This document shows, piece by piece, positions 1-8,213 of a stretch of DNA of 17,074 nucleotides (its first letter is position 1; the number at the start of each line of letters is the position of its first letter). This DNA comes from an archaeon. Lineage in GTDB: Archaea > SpSt-1190 > DYHY01. Below the pieces are notes generated by a model. It saw only the letters and a program-made list of their open reading frames with translations, was not told where the DNA came from and made no database searches. Both the position numbers and the translations under genes were made by a program. Location: the NCBI GenBank assembly GCA_037442745.1, contig JBBIPP010000011.1, positions 45,742-62,815 of the forward strand. Direction: 5' to 3'.

Positions 1-72
1 GAACCCTTTGGGGAACCCTTTGGGGAACCCTTGGGTGAACCCTTTGGGGAACCCTTGGGTGAACCCTTGGGT
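1..72 (+). repeat. In-frame 12-bp tandem repeat, at least 6 units, encoding (EP[F/L]G)n in the FtsY N-terminal region
   Basis: Units gaaccctttggg (1, 13, 37) and gaacccttgggt (25, 49, 61), head to tail with no spacers. The array runs to the window edge. Confidence 0.95.
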
Positions 73-1008
73 GAGGAGAAGAAACAGGGCGGTTTCTTCG
101 GCAAGCTTTTCGGGGGCCTGAAGAAAGCGACTGAAAAGGTCAGGAAAGCGGTCTCTGAAAAGACACTTTCGGAAGGCGATGTGTCCGAAATCCTCTCCAA
201 GTTCGAGCTGGAATTAATCCAGGCGAACGTTGCATCAGAAGTCTCTGAGAAAATCTGCGGGAAGATAATGGGGGACTTGGTCGGAAAGAAGGTTGCGAGA
301 AGCCAGGATGTGGGAGAACTGATTGTTGCAAGTCTCCGAAAATCCGTCTCGGAAATTGTCGGGAAAGACACCCGGAGCTTTTTCTCAATTGTGGAAGCTG
401 AGAAGAGGAGGCCTATTGTAATAGCGTTCATTGGGTTCAACGGGAGCGGAAAAACGACGACAATTGCCAAGGTTGCGAACGCGCTCAAGGCAAGGGGATA
501 CTCGTCAGTAATTGCCGCTGGGGACACTTTCAGGGCGGCTGCTGTTGAGCAAGCCGAAATCCACGGGGAGAGGCTCGGGATAAAGGTAATCAAGCAGCAG
601 TACGGGGCGGACGCGGCCTCGGTTATTTTCGATTCAGTGAAATATGCTCAAGCAAAGGGAGTGGATTTCGTCCTCGCTGACACTGCTGGAAGGCAGCACA
701 CGAATTCCAACCTGATGGAGGAATTGAAGAAGATTGTCCGGGTCAATAAGCCAGACATGAAAATATTGGTTGTCGATTCCATCTCTGGGAGCGATTCAGT
801 CATTCAGGCGAAGAGCTTTGACGAGGCGGTCGGTGGGATTTCAGGAGTAATTCTTACAAAAGTCGATGTTGATGAAAATGGGGGGACAGCGATTTCGGTT
901 GCCCACACAATAGGAAAGCCAATATTCTTTTTGGGAATTGGGCAGGAATACTCTGATTTGAAGGAATTCGACGTTAACGATTATCTGGGAATGGTTTTCG
1001 GGAAGTAG
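1..1008 (+). CDS. ftsY: Signal recognition particle receptor FtsY (5'-partial; frame 1 is open from base 1)
   Basis: SRP-GTPase motifs GFNGSGKTTTIAK, AAGDTFRAAAVEQ, DTAGR, TKVD and GIGQEYSDL, with an FFGKLFGGLKK amphipathic helix before the NG domain. The TTG at 31 lies inside the repeat, so the true start is probably upstream of the window. Confidence 0.97.
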   Translation, partial: EPFGEPFGEPLGEPFGEPLGEPLGEEKKQGGFFGKLFGGLKKATEKVRKAVSEKTLSEGDVSEILSKFELELIQANVASEVSEKICGKIMGDLVGKKVARSQDVGELIVASLRKSVSEIVGKDTRSFFSIVEAEKRRPIVIAFIGFNGSGKTTTIAKVANALKARGYSSVIAAGDTFRAAAVEQAEIHGERLGIKVIKQQYGADAASVIFDSVKYAQAKGVDFVLADTAGRQHTNSNLMEELKKIVRVNKPDMKILVVDSISGSDSVIQAKSFDEAVGGISGVILTKVDVDENGGTAISVAHTIGKPIFFLGIGQEYSDLKEFDVNDYLGMVFGK

Positions 1009-1033
1009 TCTTTTATTCTTCAAAGGTTACGTT

Positions 1034-1970
1034 ATGGAAATCGGAAAATTCCGGGTTTCGGATTAAAAGCGCCTCGGAGGCCATTCTTCCGGGCTAAACC
1101 TTATTCGGCTAAGGTCGGACTCGGGATATTGGGCAATCACTTTCATGACAACGGACGCCCCTGAGGTTGACTTTATTCTTCAGGTTGAAGCGGAGTTCAA
1201 TCAAATTGGCGCCACCTCCGGCGGACGGATTGAAAAAACCCAGAAAAATTGTTATTTCCAAAGAATCAGAAGCTTATTCCTAGGTAACCGAAACTTCTCT
1301 TTCCGGGAGGGACAAGAAACCGCAAATTCTCTTTTCTATTTCTCACACGCCGAACAAATGGCTTTCGACGTTGATACGGGAATCTGGCTTGACGCTTTCG
1401 AATATTCTCCGGTTGAACTTGTTTGAGAGCGGCGCAGGGAAACTCTAGTCAGTTTGGAGATTGGCCATAAGACGGTTGAATATAGCTGAGGCGAGAGAAA
1501 AGTTCTTTCTCCGAGAGCGGTCTATGGAATTGGGCGGGCAGTTTCAAAACATCTAAAGGAAAGGGAAGGTAAAGGGGAAAAAATCCTCGCAATTGCATCA
1601 ACATATGAAGCAAACGAGGGAGAACTAAACCAAGTGAACGTTCATTGGACAAATTGCTCGCTATCTGCTCTCTTGGAGAAGAGGTTGCACTGAGACTTGA
1701 AAATATTCTTTCTGGGGCAAACACGGGTTCTTGGAATCTGGCGTTTTTCCGAAAGGGGTTCGGAAATTGGCAAAGTACAGGCAGATTTCGACACCAGTCT
1801 ATTTCCATAGGATGGGCAGTTCTCCTTATGCGGCCGGGCTAGCAAAAGATGTTTTGGGCTTGCTATTTCACAAAGTGTCGGACAGGTGGCGGAGGATATT
1901 GGTCTGCGGGCGAAAGCGGGAGACTGCTACAAATACGCCCTTCCCGCCAACTGAAACACTCTTTTTTTAA
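1034..1970 (+). pseudogene. Probable decayed gene of unknown function (about 300 codons)
   Basis: TTTTATT at 1011-1017 precedes ATG 1034. That frame reads as protein-like text (MEIGKFRVSD*KRLGG...MTTDAPEVDFILQVE...) to 1954, with internal stops only at 1064 TAA, 1424 TGA, 1487 TGA, 1691 TGA and 1808 TAG. The overlapping + ORFs 1645-1842 and 1731-1970 suggest distal frameshifts. No family recognised. Confidence 0.5.
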
Positions 1971-1971
1971 A
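1964..1971 (+). promoter_or_regulatory. TATA box of srp54
   Basis: TTTTTAAA ends 23 nt before ATG 1994 and there is no SD motif, consistent with a leaderless mRNA. Confidence 0.6.
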
Positions 1972-1993
1972 CCTACCAATCCTTCCTCTCCCA

Positions 1994-3343
1994 ATGCTAG
2001 AATCCCTTGCCGAAAAGCTCCAGAACGCAATGAAGCGCCTTGCTGGAAAGGATGTTGTCGATAGGCAGTCTGTCGAAGAATTCGTAAAGGAAATGCAGCG
2101 GGCTCTGATTGCAGGGGATGTTGGAGTTGATCTTGTCTTCCAATTGTCGGAGAGGATAAGGAAACGGGCTCTTGAGGAGAAGCAGTTGGTCGGCCTCTCC
2201 CTAAAGGACCACGTCTTGAAGGTAATTTATGAGGAGCTTTTGGGAATAATAGGCAAGGGCGCCCCGTTTGACACCTCGAAGAGACCTATTCGTATAATGA
2301 TGTGCGGGCTTTTTGCCGCGGGGAAAACGACAACCTCCGGGAAATTAGCTCTTTGGTTAAAGAAAAGGGGCTTGAAAGTAGCGCTTGTTGGGGCGGACAT
2401 CTATAGGCCTGCCGCCCAGGAACAGCTCCGGCAATTGTCAGAGCAGATAGGGGTTGACTATTTCGGGGAAGGGACTGATATTGTCGGAATTGTCTCTGAA
2501 GCCTCCAGGAATTTTGAACGGCACGACGCAATAATATATGATACTGCAGGACGGAACGCTTTCGACGGGGAAATGCTTGACGAGCTCATGAAAGTGAAGG
2601 GAATTGTCTCCCCAACGGACATTTTCCTGGTCGTTGCAGCAGACATTGGGCAGGCGGCCGGACGGCAGGCGAACGAGTTCTCCAAGGTCGGGCTCTCGGG
2701 AGTTATTGTCACCAAAATGGAGGGGACTGCGAAAGGTGGCGGAGCAATAGCCTCCTGCGCAACTGCCGGGGCTCCGGTAGTTTTTGTCGGAACCGGGGAA
2801 AAGATGCGGGATTTGGACATTTTCGAGCCGAAAGGTTTCGTCTCAAGGATACTGGGCTGGGGTGATGTGTCGGCTCTCCTGAGAAAGGCGGAGGAAATTG
2901 CAAGGGAGAGTTCGCTTAACCCTGAGGACATTCTGAACTCGTTCAGTCTCAACACTTTCTACAAGCAGTTGGAAGCTGCCCGAAGCATGGGCCCTCTGAA
3001 GAACGTTCTTCAGATGCTCGGAGCCGGAGGGAACGTTCCGGACGAAATGGTTGTGAAAAGCGAGGAGAAACTGAAAAAATACAAGTTCATTATTGACTCA
3101 ATGTCAAGGAAAGAGAGGTTCAACCCGGAGCTCCTTAATTCCTCAAGAATTGCCAGGATTGCCAAGGGGGCTGGCGTGAAAGAGTCCGATGTGAAAGAGC
3201 TCCTCCAGCACTACAAGCAGGCGGAGAAAATGCTCCGGTTCATGAAGAAAGGAAGGCTTCCCGGTGATTTGGCGAAGAGAATGGGCGGGCTAAAGGGGAT
3301 GAAGGGAGGGCTTTCCGGAATTCCTCCGGGTTTCGGGGGCTAG
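1994..3343 (+). CDS. srp54: Signal recognition particle protein SRP54/Ffh
   Basis: N-domain MLESLAEKLQ, G1 GLFAAGKTTT, DIYRPAAQEQL, DTAGR, TKMEGTAKGGGA and GTGEK. M-domain MGPL...IIDSMSRKERFNPELLNSSRIARIAKGAG, followed by a G/M-rich tail. Confidence 0.98.
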   Translation: MLESLAEKLQNAMKRLAGKDVVDRQSVEEFVKEMQRALIAGDVGVDLVFQLSERIRKRALEEKQLVGLSLKDHVLKVIYEELLGIIGKGAPFDTSKRPIRIMMCGLFAAGKTTTSGKLALWLKKRGLKVALVGADIYRPAAQEQLRQLSEQIGVDYFGEGTDIVGIVSEASRNFERHDAIIYDTAGRNAFDGEMLDELMKVKGIVSPTDIFLVVAADIGQAAGRQANEFSKVGLSGVIVTKMEGTAKGGGAIASCATAGAPVVFVGTGEKMRDLDIFEPKGFVSRILGWGDVSALLRKAEEIARESSLNPEDILNSFSLNTFYKQLEAARSMGPLKNVLQMLGAGGNVPDEMVVKSEEKLKKYKFIIDSMSRKERFNPELLNSSRIARIAKGAGVKESDVKELLQHYKQAEKMLRFMKKGRLPGDLAKRMGGLKGMKGGLSGIPPGFGG

Positions 3344-3382
3344 GGCAGAAAATCCTATTAATCCAGATTGTTGAAAAAGCGA

Positions 3383-3952
3383 ATGGTCCAAAGAATTGCG
3401 GTTCTCGGAGACTGCCATTTTCCGGGAAGGGCGCGGGAACTTCCAGAAAAACTCTTGTTTTCCCTGCGGAAATTCGCGCCAACAATTGTTATTTTCACCG
3501 GGGACGCAAATTCCGGCGAGACTTTTGACAAAATTGCAAAGAGCGTTCCGGAAGCGGAAATAAAAGCTGTGAAGGGCGAGAAGGACTATCTCGACTTGCC
3601 CTCAGAAATTGTCCTTGAAATAGAAGGAGTGAAAATAGGGGTTGTCCATGGGGAATTCGCAAGGCCCCCCGGTAACAAGGTTGAAATTGAGAATTATGGC
3701 AGGTCCCTTGGAGTCCAGGCAATAATTTTCGGGCATTCCCACAAGCTATTTGTTGGGAGGGAGGGAAAGCTCCTTTTAGTTAATCCGGGGAGCTTCACAG
3801 GCATCCCAATTCCGGGCGAGGAGCCGGGGAACCCTTCCGCTGTTTTCCTGACTTTGGAATTCGGGCGCGTTAGCGCGCGATCAATTGTGCTCTCGAGAGG
3901 AAGGCTTGAGGAGATTACTGAGGAGTTCGTTGTTCTCCCCGAAATCCGATAG
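3383..3952 (+). CDS. YfcE/MJ0936/Vps29-family metallophosphoesterase
   Basis: Calcineurin-like motifs GDCH, TGD, KGEKD, VHG, GHSH and NPGS. Start placed at ATG 3383 (TTG 3368 is the alternative); TATTAAT lies at about 3357. Confidence 0.9.
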   Translation: MVQRIAVLGDCHFPGRARELPEKLLFSLRKFAPTIVIFTGDANSGETFDKIAKSVPEAEIKAVKGEKDYLDLPSEIVLEIEGVKIGVVHGEFARPPGNKVEIENYGRSLGVQAIIFGHSHKLFVGREGKLLLVNPGSFTGIPIPGEEPGNPSAVFLTLEFGRVSARSIVLSRGRLEEITEEFVVLPEIR

Positions 3953-4031
3953 TCTTTTATTTGAGAATGCCACCGCATCGGAATAATCATCCCGATAACG
4001 CGGGAGCAAGTCCCCTATAATTACCGAATAA

Positions 4032-4493
4032 GGGGGCCATGCACAGTTCAATATAACGACAATCCAACAATCCATCCGAACTTTGGAAAATGGAGGGTTG
4101 TCTTCAAATCACTTATTTTCCGAAGACAATGATAAAGGAGGGATTGGGAGCTTTTCCTTATTTAGACGTTTTGTCCAATAGGGCGATTTATTGAAAAAAT
4201 GTTCAGAGGAGCTTGAGCGGAAAGGCTGGAATATCCTGATTATTTTGGAAGGGGGCTTGGTTGCAAGAACACTTGAAAATGCCCTGAAAAAAGCACACCC
4301 GGAATTGCCTGGCGAATATTTCCCGGACAAGCCCGGAAAGGGGGAGGGGTTCAAAGAAGAGCATCCGGGAATGATTGTCGACTCTTCCCCTGAAGCGCAG
4401 GTGATCAATGCGACTGGGCTAATTGCAAACGCAGGGATAACACTTGACTGGAGATTGCTCTCCCCTCTCCTGCCAATTCCCCGGAAATCGTGA
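4032..4493 (+). pseudogene. Hypothetical ORF (4191-4493), possibly the 3' part of an interrupted gene
   Basis: One frame is open 4032-4178, interrupted by TAG at 4179, then open to TGA 4491-4493. The distal part has protein-like composition (LKKCSEELERKGWNILIILEGG...). No family recognised. Confidence 0.35.
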
Positions 4494-4560
4494 CATACCG
4501 GGTTTCCATCGGAGGCGTTCCAAAAGGCGCTGGTTCCCGAAGGTTCCCGAAAATGAAATA

Positions 4561-4569
4561 TTTTATAAA
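4561..4569 (+). promoter_or_regulatory. TATA box of the rpl21e operon
   Basis: TTTTATAAA with an A-rich BRE-like stretch (gaaata) just upstream, ending 23 nt before ATG 4592. Confidence 0.7.
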
Positions 4570-4591
4570 CCTCTGGAAAGGGCGCTAAACC

Positions 4592-4888
4592 ATGGCAAAA
4601 AGGCCGCGAGGTCCGCGAAGCAAATCACGCTACAAAATGAGGAAAAGCCCGAGGACCCGGGGAATTCCTAGCGTCTCAAAAATTATGAAAAAGCTCGAAA
4701 TAGGGGCAGTTGTCTCCTTCGATGTCGAGCCATCAATGCACAGGGGACTTCCGCCTTCAGTTTTCCAGGGTTTGACCGGAAAAGTTGTTGGAAAGAGGGG
4801 ACGGGACGGCTATGTTGTCCGCTTCAGGCAGGGAAAGGCCTGGAAGGAGCTTGTCACAACCGCAGTCCACCTCAAGGAAACGGGATGA
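4592..4888 (+). CDS. rpl21e: 50S ribosomal protein L21e
   Basis: Basic 98-aa protein: GPRSKSRYKMRK..., EPSMHRGLP..FQGLTGKVVGKRG, K.L.T.AVHLK. Conserved position before rpoF. Confidence 0.96.
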   Translation: MAKRPRGPRSKSRYKMRKSPRTRGIPSVSKIMKKLEIGAVVSFDVEPSMHRGLPPSVFQGLTGKVVGKRGRDGYVVRFRQGKAWKELVTTAVHLKETG

Positions 4889-4897
4889 TTTTTCAAA

Positions 4898-5257
4898 ATG
4901 GAAAAACAGACAGCCGAAATCGGAAGCTCAACGCCCGTGTCGCTAGCCAAGGTAAAGGCAATTCTCTCAAAGAGAGAAAAGGAAGGGGCGCTCCATTTCG
5001 AGCAGAAAATGTCCCTTGAATATGCGAAAAAATTCTCAAAGCTTGATGAGAAAGAGGCGGAAGAGCTGATTGAAGAGCTCAACAAGCTCGAAATCCCGAG
5101 GTTCAAGGAGAGGCATGCCGTCAAATTGGCTGATCTCCTACCTGAAGACCGGGCGGGAATAAAGGCGATTTTCTCAAAGGAGAGCATTAGCCCCAATAAC
5201 GAGCAGGCAGATGCAATTCTCAAGGTTCTTGCCAAGTACAAAGGAAAAGGGAAATAA
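4898..5257 (+). CDS. rpoF: RNA polymerase subunit F (Rpo4)
   Basis: PVSLAKVKAIL, EQKMSLEYAKKFSKL and AVKLADLLPED motifs; synteny rpl21e-rpoF-DUF655-rsmA. Confidence 0.93.
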   Translation: MEKQTAEIGSSTPVSLAKVKAILSKREKEGALHFEQKMSLEYAKKFSKLDEKEAEELIEELNKLEIPRFKERHAVKLADLLPEDRAGIKAIFSKESISPNNEQADAILKVLAKYKGKGK

Positions 5258-5304
5258 AGGAGCTCCTTGTTGAAAGGGGCGTTGAAATTGAAAGAGTGAG
5301 AGAA

Positions 5305-5910
5305 ATGGCTGAAAAACTAATTGTTCTTGATGTTTTGGACACTGGGCATTCTACCGATTCTAGGCCCCTTCACCTCAGGGACAGGCTTGTCCAGGCAATA
5401 TCCGAGGACACGCTCGTTCTTCGGGAGTTCGCAATACTTCCCGACTGGAAGCCGGCTCTTCGGGAATCGTTTGAGCGGGGAGAGTCGGGGAAAATAAAGA
5501 GAATTATTGAAAGAATGGAAGCCGGCCGAAGGGTAGAGACAATTGACTATCAGAGGCTAACAACATCCGCCACAAACGAACTGGATGATGCGGTTTCGGA
5601 AATTGTTGACAGGAACGAAAAGAGATTCGTTGAATTCTTCAACAGGGCAGGGCCCCTGACAACAAGACAGCACAGCCTGGAACTCCTCCCCGGAATCGGA
5701 AAAAAGCACATGTTCGCAATAATTGACGAGAGGAAGGTAAAGCCCTTCGAAAGTTATTCGGACATTCAGACGAGAATCAAGCTCCTGTCCGACCCGAGGA
5801 AAGGGGTTGTAAAGAGGATTCTTGAGGAAATAAAAGAGCCCCAGAAATACTACCTCTTCGTCCAGCCTCCCCTCTCGAAAATCCTCGAGCGTTGGGGCGG
5901 AAGACAGTAG
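5305..5910 (+). CDS. DUF655 family putative nucleic-acid-binding protein (OB fold plus HhH)
   Basis: IVLDVL..GH, FVEFFNRAGPLTTRQHSLELLPGIGKKHMFAIIDER..KPFESYSDI..R and KYYLFV, plus conserved synteny. Start is ATG 5305 or GTG 5296. Confidence 0.93.
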   Translation: MAEKLIVLDVLDTGHSTDSRPLHLRDRLVQAISEDTLVLREFAILPDWKPALRESFERGESGKIKRIIERMEAGRRVETIDYQRLTTSATNELDDAVSEIVDRNEKRFVEFFNRAGPLTTRQHSLELLPGIGKKHMFAIIDERKVKPFESYSDIQTRIKLLSDPRKGVVKRILEEIKEPQKYYLFVQPPLSKILERWGGRQ

Positions 5911-5962
5911 CTACCTGCAAAAGAAAAAGTCTTATTTAGGTGGAAAGGAAGAGTTGTTTCCA

Positions 5963-6559
5963 ATGGCTGGAAAAACCGCTGTCGGCAAACAGGAAATTTC
6001 AGGAGAAATCGCTTTTTTCACTCTTCTCGGGAAAATGAAGAGAATCGGAAGGCGGGGCTGGAACCTCAGGGGAATCGAGACTCCCGAGACAATTGCGGAC
6101 CACTCATACAGGACAGCGGTTCTTGCCTATTATTACGCTGAAAAGTTCGGGCTTGATGTTGCAAAAACTGTCGGGCTCGCCCTCCTCCACGACATAAACG
6201 AGGTTGAAACTGGAGAGAACCCGGGGGACAAGTTTTCCGCAATTTCGAAGGAAAAAAAAATCAGGGACGGGCAAGCTTCCCTCAAAAAAATAACATTTGG
6301 CCTGCCAAAGGCAATTGCGAAGAAATACTCGGAAATGTGGGCGGATGAGAACCTCCGGAAAGGAAAGGAAGCCTCTATTGCGAGGGATGTAAACAAGCTC
6401 GAGCTCGCTTTCCAGGCATTGGACTATGAGCTCGCTGGGCATCCGGGCGAGAGGCTAGATGACATGTGGGCGCATGCGAAAAAGAATGTCTACGACCTCA
6501 GGCTGAAGGCAGTCCTCTCTTCCCTTGAGAAAATGCGCCCGGGAAAAAGGAAAAAATGA
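5963..6559 (+). CDS. HD-domain protein, YfbR/HDDC2 5'-deoxynucleotidase-like (motifs partly degenerate)
   Basis: KRIGRRGW, ETIADHSYR, ALLHDINEVETGE and RDVNKLE. ATG 5963 follows TTATTTA at about 5932. The stop overlaps the rsmA start (ATGA). Confidence 0.88.
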   Translation: MAGKTAVGKQEISGEIAFFTLLGKMKRIGRRGWNLRGIETPETIADHSYRTAVLAYYYAEKFGLDVAKTVGLALLHDINEVETGENPGDKFSAISKEKKIRDGQASLKKITFGLPKAIAKKYSEMWADENLRKGKEASIARDVNKLELAFQALDYELAGHPGERLDDMWAHAKKNVYDLRLKAVLSSLEKMRPGKRKK

Positions 6560-7284
6560 GATTCCTTCCGGAGAAGAAGCTCGGGCAGAATTTTTTGACT
6601 GACAAAAGGACGCTAGAGTTCGAGGCGGACTCTGCCGGGATTTCAATGGAAGAGACAATTCTTGAGATAGGGCCCGGGGACGGAAGGCTTACAAAATTCC
6701 TCGCAGAGAGGGCGGGAAAGGTTGTTGCAATTGAGAAAGACAGGAGAATGGCAGAATTCCTCTCGGAGCTACCGGAAAACGTTGAAATAATTTACGGGGA
6801 TGTTGCGAAAATCCCGCTTCCAAAGGCCGATAAGGTTGTCGCAAACATCCCGTACAACCTCTCCTCGAAAATAATTTTCCTTGTCCTCGAAGGCGGGTTC
6901 TCTCTTGCAGTCCTGACAGTGCAAAAGGAGTTCGCAGAGAGGCTTGTCGGGAAGCCCGGGACAAAGGACTGGGGAAGGATTTCCGCAACAGTCTCCTTTC
7001 TTGCGGATGTCGAAATTCTGAAAATTATTCCAAGGAGGGCGTTCTTCCCGAAACCAAAAATAGATTCGGCATTAATCAGGATTGTTCCAAAGGAGAGGCC
7101 TGAGAATTGGGCGAAATTGAAGCTCCTAATTGACACAATATTCACAACCCCCGGAAAAACGCTCAGGAACTCAATTAGGGGCGAACTGAAGGGGGCTGAA
7201 AAGAGAATCCCGAAAGACCTCTTGGGAAAGAGGGTGAGAGCTCTGGAGAAACGGGATTTGGAGATTGTTTCAAAATATATTTAA
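6556..7284 (+). CDS. rsmA: 16S rRNA adenine dimethyltransferase RsmA/KsgA
   Basis: KKLGQNFL, LEIGPGDGRLT, AIEKD, ANIPYNLSS, QKEFAERL and FFPKPKIDS. Confidence 0.97.
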   Translation: MRFLPEKKLGQNFLTDKRTLEFEADSAGISMEETILEIGPGDGRLTKFLAERAGKVVAIEKDRRMAEFLSELPENVEIIYGDVAKIPLPKADKVVANIPYNLSSKIIFLVLEGGFSLAVLTVQKEFAERLVGKPGTKDWGRISATVSFLADVEILKIIPRRAFFPKPKIDSALIRIVPKERPENWAKLKLLIDTIFTTPGKTLRNSIRGELKGAEKRIPKDLLGKRVRALEKRDLEIVSKYI

Positions 7285-7337
7285 ATACCAAAGTAGTGAA
7301 AACTCTGACGTATTAACCTAACGGGAGTGAAAAATGA

Positions 7338-8213
7338 ATGGTAATGGAAGAGAAATTCTTGAATCAGTTGCGTGACAATTTCGATTTGAACCTCTATGAG
7401 GTCAAGATTTGGACAGCCCTCCTGTCAAGGGGAATTTCGACTGCCGGCGAACTCTCTGACATTGCAAACGTCCCGAGATCGAGGGCATATGATGTTTTGG
7501 AATCGCTCGAGAGGAAGGGATTCGTTGTAATGAAGCTAGGGAAACCTATCAAATACATTGCGGTCCAGCCAGAAGAAGTAATGGAGCGGGTGAAAAAGAA
7601 CTACAAGGAATCCGCGAGGGAAAAGGCGGGGGAACTGGAGAAAATCAAGAACTCAGAAGTCGTCCTCCAGCTAAAACAGCTCTATGAAAAGGGAATTGAG
7701 ATGGTTGAGCCGACTGATCTCTCTGGAGCTCTGAAAGGGAGGCACAACCTGCACGACCACATTGACCTCCTGCTGAAGGACGCGGAGACCTCGATTAGCA
7801 TTGTAACGAGCGTATCTGAGCTCAACCGCCTTGCAGAGTTCCACTTTTCGAGCATCAAGGACGCGAAAGAGAGAGGCGTAAAGGTGAAGATTGCATCAGA
7901 AATAACGCCAGAGAATGTCAGGTCCGCAAAAACCCTCTCCGAAGTCGCTGAACTGAAATACATGGAGCACATAAGGGCGCGCTTCTACATTATTGACGGG
8001 GAGGAAGTCCTCTTCATGCTCCTTCCGGAAGAGGAAGTCCATCCGACATATGACACCGGAATCTGGGTGCACTCTCCTTTCTTCGCGGAGGCTTTGGAAG
8101 ACCTCCTCTCGCACGCATGGAACAAGCTTGACGACGCCGAGAAATATGTGAAAAAGGCTGACGCCAAGGCGGATGCGAAGGGCGAGGCGGAAGCCAAAGG
8201 GAAAAGAGCTTAG
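7338..8213 (+). CDS. TrmB family regulator / chromatin protein (TrmBL2-like)
   Basis: wHTH LNLYEVKIWTALLSRGISTAGELSDIANVPRSRAYDVLESLERKGF...GKPIKY, a coiled coil, and a C-terminal PLD-like domain (RGVKVKI, ARFYIIDGEE). SD-like GGAGTGA upstream. Confidence 0.93.
   Translation: MVMEEKFLNQLRDNFDLNLYEVKIWTALLSRGISTAGELSDIANVPRSRAYDVLESLERKGFVVMKLGKPIKYIAVQPEEVMERVKKNYKESAREKAGELEKIKNSEVVLQLKQLYEKGIEMVEPTDLSGALKGRHNLHDHIDLLLKDAETSISIVTSVSELNRLAEFHFSSIKDAKERGVKVKIASEITPENVRSAKTLSEVAELKYMEHIRARFYIIDGEEVLFMLLPEEEVHPTYDTGIWVHSPFFAEALEDLLSHAWNKLDDAEKYVKKADAKADAKGEAEAKGKRA

Noticed and set aside
1-72. CRISPR array
   Set aside because: The 12-bp units abut with no spacers and stay in frame within ftsY, and there are no cas genes.
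1034-1954. Stop-codon reassignment or selenocysteine/pyrrolysine readthrough
   Set aside because: The interruptions include TAA, TGA and TAG. Conserved genes end at expected positions with TAG (ftsY, srp54), TGA (rpl21e, gpmI) and TAA (rpoF, rsmA).
1009-1993. SRP (7S) RNA between ftsY and srp54
   Set aside because: The location is tempting, but I found no long GC-rich helix or helix-8 AGG..GGAA..AGCA motif. A covariance search would settle it.
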